A stretch of DNA of 63,988 bases, counting the filler, from Rhizaria sp. SCN 62-66 (Eukaryota), in the NCBI GenBank assembly GCA_001724265.1. It is 3 parts of 3 records of this genome, joined end to end, with 100 filler letters (N's around TTAATTAATTAA, not from the genome) between each part and the next. Parts side by side here need not be neighbours in the genome. Positions count along the whole stretch, not along the records: positions 26,403 to 52,590 come from MEDY01000411.1; 2 more parts are not named here. The stretch is one strand, 5' to 3'. This document shows positions 37,130-47,717 of the stretch, in pieces. The translations under genes and the position numbers were made by a program. How positions within the stretch are numbered: the stretch's first letter is position 1; every line of letters starts with the position of its first letter. The notes below the pieces were generated by a model. It saw only the letters and a list, made by a program, of their open reading frames with translations. It was not told the origin of the DNA and did no database searches.

Positions 37130-40100
37130 TTAGACGTCGTATAGTGACCAGTGCGAGCCGCCGAGTAAGAGCAGCCGATCCGAGCCGCGCGTTTGCACGA
37201 CGACAGTCTCGGCGACAGTCTCCGTTGCAGTCTGCGGCAACATGAGGAAGCAGGGCGAGTGGTAGAGAAAGGTGTGACGATCACCGAAAGCAGAACGAGT
37301 GAGCACAAGAAGACAGGAATGAAACTCACAGTACGTGTGATGTTGTTTCATGATATCATCAAAGAGTCGGATTCATGGTTATTAAAGATATTTACGTGAT
37401 GATTAAGAAGACGTACGAGATGCCTGACCGCGGCGAGATTCTGTGACGCGATGGCCCACTCACGGGCCACGCCCTGCGCGTCCACAGTCAGCAGCGCGTT
37501 GCCAGCGCGCACAAAGTGCACTGCGCTCACGGGCTCCGCAGTGTACAGCACGCCGCGCACCTACAGAGCGCAAGAGAAAAGGGGAGCAAATAACAAACAA
37601 CCTTTGTGAGCACACAGACAGATTCAATTCAAATTTCAAAAAGAAGATACACTGGTATACAACAAGAGGACACGACATATTAGCAATTCATAGTCCGCGT
37701 ACCTGTGGGTCAACAAAGAGCGCGAGGTCGTTGGGCGCGCCTCCGCCGGCCATCGCTGCCGCGACAGCCGCGCTGGTTGTGGTGGCCAGGTCGATCAGCC
37801 GCGCCGCGCCATCCGCGCTGCCCACGGCCACGACCACGGCCTCAGCGCCGCGGCCGGAGCTGGCGGCGGCGGCGGCGGCGGCAGCGGCGGGATGGCGGCC
37901 GCTGCCCGCGTTGGCCGCCGAGGAGGCCGCCGCGGCAGCCATGTCGCCCGCAACGCCCGCGCCAGAGAGCAGGGCGGACGAGGCGCGGCGCCACGACGAG
38001 GCGGCCTCGGCGGCCTCGTTGCCGCTGAAAGCGCCGCCGCCGCCGCCGCCGCCGCCACCGCCGCCGCTGAGCTGACTGGCGCGGTTGCCTGCCGTGAGCG
38101 TCGTCGTACGGTTACCGCTCGCGCTGCTGCTGCTGCTGCTGCTGTTGCTGTTGTTGTGGTGGTGGCGGCTGTGGATGGTGATTGCGGCGACGTCAATGCT
38201 AGTGATGGCGACGGGCAACTGCGACATCGTGACCGGCACGGGCGTAATGCCTACGCTGGACCGACTGCCCGCGCCCACCACCACGGGCCCTTCGTCCGCG
38301 CAGTCGCCCTCCTGCGCGCTCTTGGCAGCGCCCGCGGCCGCGGCCAGCGCGGAGGACGACGCCGCGGGGTCAGACAGCACGCCCCAGTCGAAGCCCCCGC
38401 CGCCGCTCAGCGGCGAGTGCGCGTAGTTCGACGGTGATCGCGCGTGGCCTTTGCCTTTCGCAGCGGCACCACCACCGGCGGCTGCAGCGGCGGCGGCGGC
38501 GGCAGCGGAGCGCGGGGAGAGCTGGCTGCTGTTAACGTCGCTGCCGAACCACGACTGCGTGCGCACGTGGCCCTTCTTGCCACCCGCGGCACCGGCAGCG
38601 ATCACACTGACGCTGGGCGTGATGTTGGCGACGCTGCTGCGGCTGTTGCCGTTTTTGGGCGGGCGGTTGAGCCCGAGGCTGACGCCGCCCGCCGCCGACA
38701 GCACGCTGCCACCGGCCCCAGCGCGGGCCCCTGCGGCCGCGCCGCCAGTCGAGCCAGCAGCCGCGGCGGCGGCGGGCTGCAGGCCGGCGTGCGCATGAGC
38801 CTTGAGAGCGGCCAAGTCGCTCCCAACCAGCGCCTGCTGCAGCGAGATCGCGGTGAACCGCCGGATGACGCGCGCAACTGCGATCCACCCAGCAGCGCTG
38901 CTGTTGTTGCTGCTGCTGTTGCTATTGGCGCTCACCGGACTGAGAGTGACCGCAGAACCGGCGCGGGGCGACGTCAGCCGCGCTCCAGCGTTGCTCGCAG
39001 CGCTGTTGCTGTTGGCCGCCGTGGGCGCCATCGCCGAAGGCTTGCGGCTGAGGTCGACGCGCAGCAGAACGCCCGACGCGGTGCCCAGGAACACCTGGCC
39101 CGTGCGCGCGAGCTGGGCCAGGGCCGTCACGCGGTGCCGCAGCCCCAGCCGCGGGTCGCTCAGCGCCAGCCGCGCCCCGCCGCCGCCGCCAGCGCCAGCG
39201 CCGCCACCGCCGCCGGTGTTGCCGAGGCTGGCAAGCCCCACCGCACCGCTTGGCGTCCGCGTCGCGCCGCCACGCGCACCGGCGCCGGCGCTGGGGACTG
39301 CGCCCGCGGCGGCGACGAGGGCGCCCGGGTCGTCGCCGTCGCCGCCCTCGATGGCCGTGACCGCAGACACGGCCCACATCGTCTGCAAGCGCGCCGCGCA
39401 GCCGAGCGCCGTGACTCCCGCGCCCGCGGCGACGGCCACGGCGTTGTGCGCGGGCAGGAACAGACAACGCCACGGCCGCTGTAGCGACTCGACCGTCGCG
39501 CCCGCCACGTGCGAGAGCAGGAACGGCGCGTGCGGCGGCCGGGACACCGGAGGCCACGTGTTAGCGTACGCGGCGGCAGCAGCGGCGGCGGCGGCGAACG
39601 CGGCGGCGGTGGAGGTTGCGGCTGCTGTGGACGCCGCCGGCGCGTTGGTACCCGGCCGCAACAGCGCGCTCGCAGGCACAGCGCCGGAAACACTAGCAGC
39701 AGCGGCGGCGGCAGCGCTGGGAGTTGAAGTGACAGCAGCGGCGGGAGCAGGCGTCGGCGGCACAGCGACGGCGGGCGCGGGCGGGGGGAAAAGCGCCCTG
39801 CGCAGCGCTACAATAGACGCCGTGAGGAACACTGGCGTGCGCCGACCGCCGCCACCGCTGCCCCCGTCGATGTCGCTGCTCGCACTGGCGCTCGTCGCGG
39901 AGGCCGCACCGCTGCTTGCGCCCGCGCCGCCAGAGCTGTAGCTGGCGCTGGCTACGGAGCTCGAGACGAAGGCGGCGACGGAGAGCGTGAGCAGCACCAA
40001 GACGGCGTCACCGTGGCAGGTAACCGCAAACACAAGCGCGCGGCCCGTCTGCGCGCCGCACCAGGCGCCGCACGTCACGCGCACGCTGCTGCTGCTGCAG

Positions 40101-41137
40101 CAGTTGCCGCTAACATTGTTGTTGCTGTTGACGACCCAGCTGCCCGCGGCGCCGGGGGTCGAGGCGTTCGCGGCGCTCTTGGAGCCCGGGGTCGGGGCGG
40201 GCACGGGGGCGAGGCCAACGCGGGTGCTCGCAGCGGCGCCCGCGGCGAAGGGGTTGAAGCCGTGGAGCGAGCGCGCGAGGGAGCCGGCGACGGCGTCGCT
40301 GACGGGACTGCTGTAGTCGTTGGCGTTCGAGCTGGTGGTGTTGTTGTTATTGAAGCCGAAGCCGTCGTCGTCGTCGCTGTCGCCGTCAAGAATGTCGTCG
40401 TCGTCGTCGTCATCGTTGTCATCATCGTCGTCGTTGTCGTCATCGGCGGTCGCGCTCGCGTCGTCGTCATCGTCGTCGTCAATGTCATCATCATCATCAA
40501 GCTCATCGTCATAGTCGTCGTCATCAATGCTTTCACCGCGCTTCGCCTCGTCGTCATCGGCGTCGTCGCCCTCGTTCTCGTCGTCGTTCTCGTCAATCAC
40601 GCCGTCCCGCGCGCGTTGCGCCTTGCCCGCCCGCAGCGCCCGCGCCTGCGCCCGCGCAAGCTCCCTCGCGCGCGCGCCCGCCTTGGCCGCCGCCTTGGCG
40701 TTGACCTTGGCGTGGGCCTTGGCCTGCGCGCGGTGGGCGCGCGCCTTGGCCTTCTTGTCGCGCTCCACGGCCCGCAGCGCGGCGGCAACAGTGAGCGCGC
40801 CCCCGCTGCCGCCGGCGCCGCCGCCCGCGCCGCCCTTGCCGGCGCCGTCGCCACCTCCGGCGCCGGAGGCGTTAGCGGCCCCGCGCGCGGCGCCGTGCGC
40901 GGCGAGGTCGTCGCGGCGCAGCAGGGGCGTGAAGTCAAGCACGGTGTACGCGGCGTCCCAGGCGACGGCGTGGCCAGACTCGGTGATGGCGAGGAACACG
41001 CTGTTGTTGATGTTGGTGACGGCTAGAGGGCGGCCGAGCGGGCAGGACACTTCGCGGTCGTACCGCGCACCGCCATGCAGCGCCTTGCTTGAGCGGGCAA
41101 AGCCGGCGCGGTGCTACTCAAAGGAGTAGAAATCCAT
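37130..41137 (-). CDS. WD40/beta-propeller-like protein with large low-complexity insertions, ~1226 aa; exons 41137-37703, 37560-37417, 37231-37130; in-frame TAG at codon 8
   Basis: Blade-like motifs FLAITESGHAVAWD, VFLGTASGVLLRVD, VAVGSADGAARLID, LLTVDAQGVAREW, WSLYDV*. Two phase-0 GT-AG introns. The nearest upstream in-frame ATG lies 7 codons before a TAG. Confidence 0.72.
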
Positions 41138-41530
41138 CGCTCTCGCGAAAGCCACACACACAGAGGTGGGGCAGGACCAGTGGGTTTGTGACGGTCAAGC
41201 TGAATCTAGAAGGAGTAACGGGCTTGAGGAGTATCGTCTGCCGGGAATACAGAGGTTGGATGCTTTCATGTGAGTGTAGAATTTAAGAGAATACATAAAA
41301 TCGCATGAATATATACAATACCAGAGACATGCGGCTATGAACTCTCAAATGCTCTCAAGGCAGTAGATTTGTTAGAGGTCATGCTCATGTGCTGAAACAG
41401 CGCGCCTGACAGTCGGCAACTTATCTTCAGTCGAAATGACATATCCTGACCGTCAGCGTGATTATGATTAGCGGTAGGCAATTTAAAACTTACATGAAAC
41501 AACTAATATATTATTCGCACTCCAAAACAG

Positions 41531-42668
41531 ATGCTTCGCGGCTCCCTGCGACTGACTCGCGCGCTCTTTGGCGCGCCAGTCCCCGTTCCTGCCGCAGCCA
41601 CAGCTTCGCTCGCCGGCCTCTCGGTCTCTCGTCCTTCCCTGCTCACCCAACCAACCCGCGCGTCTTCCTTCTCACCCAACAGCGAGGGCGGCGACCGCGA
41701 GCGCCCGTCAGTGATGCCCTTCGGCAAGTACCGCGGGCGCCCGCTGGAGGAGATCCCGGCGTCGTACGCGCAGTGGCTGGAGAAGGAGGGCGGGCTCGTC
41801 AAGCGCGAAGGCCTGCGCCGCGCCTTCGCCGAGATGGGCATGCTCAAGGACTTCCATCCCTACGACTACTCTGCGCTGCGCGCGAGCCGGCTGAATCCTT
41901 TCGTGGCCGCGCGCGCGGGCGCCCCGCTCTCCCCCGATCAGATCCCGCCCTTCTGGGGCGCGGGGCTCGCCTTCCACCCGCTCCCGGCCCCCGGCAGCTC
42001 TCTCAGCAGCAGTGACAGCGCCACTGCAGTGGCCGCGAAGGCGAGGGAGCCCGGCGCGTTCGACGTGGACGCCGCCGACCTCGCCCTCAGCGCCCCCAGC
42101 GCCCCCAAGCCTGACCCCGAAGACGGCAACGACTACGACGATGACGACCGCAGCGCTGGCTCGGGCAACGCCGCCGTGAACCCCGCGAGCGCAGCAAGCG
42201 ACAGCAGCGCGGCGGCGGCGGCGGCGATGACCCCCGCCGCATTCGTGCCGATCGAGACTGCGCTGGCGCGCCTCTCCCCGTCCGCGGCCGCCGCGCTGCG
42301 GCCCTTCGCTGCCGTTCCGGCCTCGCTGCCGCGCCACGTCATCTTCCTCGACACCGAGACGGTCTACACCACGGCCATGATGGACCTGGAGAACTCGCAC
42401 ATCGCGCAGCTGGGCGCCGTTGACGGCGCGGGCAATGAGTTCCTGTGCGACGTGCGCCCACCCGTGCCGTTCGCAGCCGTCGCTGCCGCCTCAGACTGGT
42501 TCGCGCGCCACGGCTTCGAGCGCTTCTTCAGCGCCACGAACCCGCGCTTCGCGGACGCGTGGCCGCGCCTCAACAGCTGGCTTTTCTCCCCCGCGCACGG
42601 CCGCGCGCGCTGCGGCGAGCGCGCCACGGCCGACGCCGAAACTGCCCCCGCCACGGCTGAGAGCGCAG

Positions 42669-42699
<31 letters not shown>

Positions 42700-43867
42700 G
42701 TCCGAGCCCGAGCCGCTCGCGGGCGACCCCGCGCTAATCTACAGCATCAACACCGCAGGCACTGGCACTGGCGCTGGCGCGGCGCCGTACCGCGGGCCCG
42801 TGTTCTTGATCGGCCACAACTTAGCGCGGTTCGACATGCCACACATCGACAAGGAGCTGCGCCGTCTCGGCCTCGTCAACTCCGAGTTTAAGGCCGGGCT
42901 CGATGTGCGTGCGCCCGTGGCGGACGCGCGCTCGCAGCTGTTGACGCACGGTGGCGTGCGCATCATCGACACGCTCGACATGCTGCCCGGCTTCACCGCT
43001 GTCGAGCAGTCCCCCGGCCGCGGCGCGTGGGCGCTGACGAACCTGCTCCACGCCTTCACAGGCAGCCCGCCGCGCAACGCGCACGACGCGCTCGACGACG
43101 CGCGCTCGTTGCGCGCGCTTTTTTTTGCCGACAACCTCGCCGGCGCCTTTTTCCGCGCCGAGCTCGCGCGCCAGATTGCTGCCGCCACGCCCGCAGCGGT
43201 CGACTTCGCGCCAGAGCACCTCCCCGCTGTCGCCACGCTTGAGGGCGCGGCGCGCGGGCTGCTCGCGCTCAAGCCCGCGCCGCAGACGTCCGGGCTGGCG
43301 GCCGCCGCGCGGCAGCAGACGCGGCAGGCGCCCGCGGCATCCCTCTTCGGCGGCCGCGGCGCCGGCGCGGCGTTTGAGGCCTCGCACGGGCTCGGCTTCC
43401 GCGCCATGAACGCCGCGCCGCCCGGAGGCTTTCCTGAGGAGCCCAGTAGCGCGGGCAGCTCCAGCTCCAGCTACAGTAGCAGCGGCGTCGGTGGATCGCA
43501 GGGACAGAACGGCTACACGGCCTTTGCGACGTCCAAGAGCGGCAAGGTGTACGCCTACAACAAGGACAAAAGCGCGACTGGCACCGGTGCGCCCGCCAAG
43601 AAGTTAGGCCGCCCGCCTGCATCCAGCTACAACAACAACAGCAGTGGCGCTGCGGCGGCGACGGCGACCGCGGGCGCGGCTGCTGCGGGCTTGTCCGGGC
43701 TGAGGAGCGACGGGCCCGAGGACGGCGACTACGGCTTCGGCGAGGGCTACGACGACCACGGCGACGGGGACAGCGGCAGCAGTGGTCGTGGCTCTGGCGG
43801 CGGTGCCTCGGGACGCATGATCCAGCCTCCCAAGGAGCCCATGAGCGGGGACTTTATCGCAGAGTGA
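41531..43867 (+). CDS. DEDDh 3'-5' exonuclease with a putative mitochondrial presequence and an N-terminal MPFGKY (DUF3820/ExoX-C-like) module
   Basis: ExoI IFLDTET, ExoII IGHNLARFD, ExoIII NAHDALDDARSL. MPFGKYRGRPLEEIPASYAQWL module. Arg/Ser/Leu-rich, acid-free N-terminus. TGA stop. Confidence 0.85.
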
Positions 43868-43890
43868 GAGCAGAGTGAGAGCAGAGTGAG
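43859..43890 (+). repeat. 11-bp tandem repeat (GCAGAGTGAGA x ~3) over the exonuclease stop codon
   Basis: gcagagtgaga gcagagtgaga gcagagtgag, read directly. Confidence 0.9.
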
Positions 43891-44625
43891 CGAGCGCACA
43901 GACTCGACTTACTGGCTAAGAGATAGTGTGCGAGCCAGGTTTAATTGATGTGATAAACACAATTTTCGACACACCTAGGCAGTTGCGACATCATTTTCGG
44001 ATTATCACGCACTAATTAATTAACTATACACCCGCAAGGGTCAGAGTGGAGATGTTTTTGTATTCCAGATTGTGTAAAACGTTCAGTTTGACGCAACTAT
44101 GCGAAAGTGCTTTGAACAGATCTGTGGGGCGAAGCCGTGTTTGATGCAACATAACAACCCGCTCCGGATCACTCCGATGTTCTGAGAGAGCTCTTTGTTG
44201 ATGTTGCGCAACACTATCACAATACACAGTTACTTGCGCGCAACGGTGCACTCAACCACTTGACACTAACACACATCACGAATACTCTTAGCCGTAAAAT
44301 GAGATTTCTGCGCTGAACAATTTCGGTTTATTGTTTAATAATAATAATTTTGTTCAGTAAACACGCCTTTATCTGGATCGATTTCTTGATAAAGATCTTT
44401 AGTTCCGATTCGTTACGCTTGCAGATGTAGCATCAGTATCGTAGGTCTTGAGTTCTCAGCACAACAGCGCATCTCACTGGTTTGTTGACGTAATCCGCCT
44501 TGATACCATTGACACCCATCATATTGCGCCGAACCCATTACCATAATACTACCCCTATTTGAACGCACTCAACCCAAACTTTCCTTTAAAGTTGGGCCGT
44601 GAATGAAGACATGGTTGTTCATGCC

Positions 44626-46983
44626 TCACTTGGACTGGAAGGAGATAAATGAAACAACTATATTCATGCGCGCCTCAAGGCGCTCCAGCACATCAGCGTC
44701 AAATGGCGCCCCATAGTGTTGCGGCATCCATTGAGCAAAGCGCGACATCACGCGGCCGACTGGCACGGCGCCGCGCAGCAGGCTCACCGGGCATGGCTTG
44801 AAGACGATGAACAACGGTGTGTTTGTTGATGGGCTGTGAGGATAAATCGAGCGGGGATACATCAAGACTGTGCCAACGGGGTGTGCTGCGGTTTCATCAA
44901 GGCTAGCAGCCGTGCCAGTCGACGGCGCATGCTCACCGTAGACGAGATCGTGCTCCGGGAGAACCAGAGGCGCAGTGGTACATCCCTAATTTGGGCATGA
45001 GCAATCGTCGAGGGACAAGGCGAAAAACGGCAGCGACGCCGCAGATGAAAGCCCGGGCGGCAGAAAACACGTGTGCAGCCGTTTTCCCAGGCCGTGATTA
45101 TTCGCCGCAACGCGGAAGTACGCGGCGTTGCACGGAAACGCCTCGTCATCAGGCCGGATTACCATGATGTACATGTCTCGCTGCTGCGCCTGTGATCTGG
45201 AAAACCGCATTGAAAACACGACATCTGACGTCATATTCACATCCTTTAGTTCCCCCCGAGCGTCGCACAGGACGCACTCGCGCGCCCTGGCCTGCAAGAA
45301 AGTAAGCGTGGCTGCGGACGGCGGCGCACGGTTACTCTCCATTTGTCCATTGTCGGCGCCATATCGCGGGTAACCGCTCTTTGTCAGACGGGACGCAATG
45401 TACGCATTGAACGCAGTTTGCCAGCTATCGTGCGCCCCTATAAACACACTCGTCTCCGCGAGAGTCTGTCGGCGCGCCTCCTTTGTTGCGTCAGTGATAG
45501 GTGCGATCAAACGCAAGTCGGCGAGCAGTGCGTAGAATTGCATGAACTCGTGCTGTGCGGGACTGCCACCGTCCTCTTGCATGTCCTCCTCATAATGCAG
45601 TAGTTTGACTATTTGCAGCCCGCGACACGCAATGAATTCGGCCACAGAGGGGTTTGGTGGCGCATCGCCGCTGCCGCGCACTGCAGGGCCTGGCGATGTG
45701 TCGCTGGCGTTGGTGCTGATGCTAGCGCTGATCATCACGCGCAGCACGCGCAAGAGCAGCGCCAGATGCTCCATGTTATCCAGCCGGTTTGATACGACGA
45801 AATGCTTCAGAACTGTGCAGCAAATCTTCATCGCACCAGCGGCAAGCAGCTGCTGCGCCTCGTGCGCAACGTCGGTTGCGGCGTTGAGCATGCACTCGAA
45901 CACTAACGTCGTGTTGTCAAGAAGCGACTCAAAGCACATCAGTGGAATCTCGTTAATCTTCTCATTAATGGTGCCAATAATCCGCACGAAATTAGGATCA
46001 CGAGAGAGCCTGCACACAAACACAGGAAATCGGACTGTCAGTGGCGCAAGTACACTCATGAACGCTTCCAGATGCGCTAGAGCGCACATTTGGCTTGCCT
46101 CAAACGAAGACAGAATAAATTCAAAACGATGCTCAGGAAAAGCGCACGTAAACATTTCATCGTCGAATATCTCCACAAACTTTTGCAACAGCATCAGCTT
46201 CTCTGCGTCTGCGAAGTCCAACAGTGTGACAAATTCGCTACTTGCAGCGAAATCCAAGAGATCACTTCGCCAACACCCTTCATTGCTACCACTGCCACAT
46301 GAAAACAAAACAAACAAAGCAGACAACACGATGTGGCTGGTCTTCTCCAAAGACCATTCATAACTCATGAGAATGCCGCGCAGCACGGGAACGAACGCGG
46401 AAACAGAGTCGTAAGAAACCTTAGGTGTGCTCGAGACGACGGATGACAGCAGGTTGCAAGCTGCGGCTTCATCTACAGTAACAGCAACGCCGTTGTCGTC
46501 AACCAGCCCGGAGCAACGCATGTACGCCAGAAGATGATACAATACGACCTGCTTGACCGGAGCGGTGAGGTCCGACTTGCGAGCGAGAGTATGGATGAGC
46601 GAGAGGATACTTGGCGCGATGTCCGCGTGCAAGCGATGAAGAAGAGGGAGAAGCTTTTCAACAATGCCGCACTAAACAAGCCAGTTACACCCATCTTTGC
46701 CCCCTGTTATGCCCCAAAAGAGAACAATCATGAGTTGAAGCCGCGCAATAATAATCTCGTTGTCGGATGTGAGATCGAGCGACTGCAGAAGCAGTGTCAC
46801 GACCCCGCTCTCGCGGATGATATCAGTCGCACTCGAGTAACTCAAGCATGCACGGGTGAGCTCCGTCAAATCGGAGGACTTTGCAGTCAGAGCAGTTGCA
46901 CAGACCACTGCGGCGTGTAGACGGAGAATTGCTCGCGACATCCCCTGATCGGATTGATCATCGTCGAGTGACTGTTGACTCAT
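44626..46983 (-). CDS. ~785-aa armadillo/HEAT-like helical repeat protein containing two in-frame TAG codons
   Basis: ORF-track ORFs 46672-47022, 44986-46632 and 44626-44865 share one frame and are separated only by TAG. ARM-like motifs IIRESGVVTLLLQSL, WLV*CGIVEKLLPLL, LLAAGAMKICCTVL, FIACRGLQIVKLL. Ends at TGA. Confidence 0.75.
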
Positions 46984-47717
46984 GTCGCGACGGTATGAGT
47001 GTGCAACAAGATGCGAGAGCACAGAATTCGATCAAAACCACGATTGTTATGCAGTCACAGCTACGATGACACTTTACGCTGAGCTTTATGGAGTGAAAGG
47101 AGGGAGAATTCGAGATGGTGAAGGAGCAAGCTGAGCGGTGTAAAGGCGAGGTCCACAGCTACAGGTTGACTTTGATAAGACAAATAGAAACGATTGTAGA
47201 TACGCAAAACGGATTTCTCTCTATTACACCATCGAATAATACATCCGACGATGAAATCAAGACATGCCATTGTTCGCAAAATCGCCTTCCCAACTCATCT
47301 CGTCTTCACCACAAACAGGACAAGCCGACAAGAAAAGAGTAGTATTTCAGGTTGTTAAGAATAAATCCACTTTATTATCAGCACGAACGGCATACACATC
47401 TTATATATAAACAAATGAACAACAAACAGTTTGTTGTTAAACGAGAGTGATGCGAAACAGCTGTTTAACTCAACTAACTTCGCAAGGCTGGACCCTATCA
47501 GGCCCATATCTTACACGCGATTACAAACAACAAGCACATTTACTTCTTCAAACAAAGTCATTTCGACAATCACAGTGACAAAATACATTATGTCTCGAAG
47601 TCAGCACGCCATGACGACGAGAGCGCGTCGACACAGCGGAGTAGCACTCTTCGTCGACTTCACAGCCTTCCAAGCCCAAACGAAATTCGCCCCCAGAGCT
47701 TCACCCCCACACGCTCT

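Noticed and set aside
44013-44023. TAATTAATTAA resembling the spacer core
   Set aside because: No flanking Ns and not the full 12-mer; it lies in an AT-rich region between convergent genes and is most likely natural.
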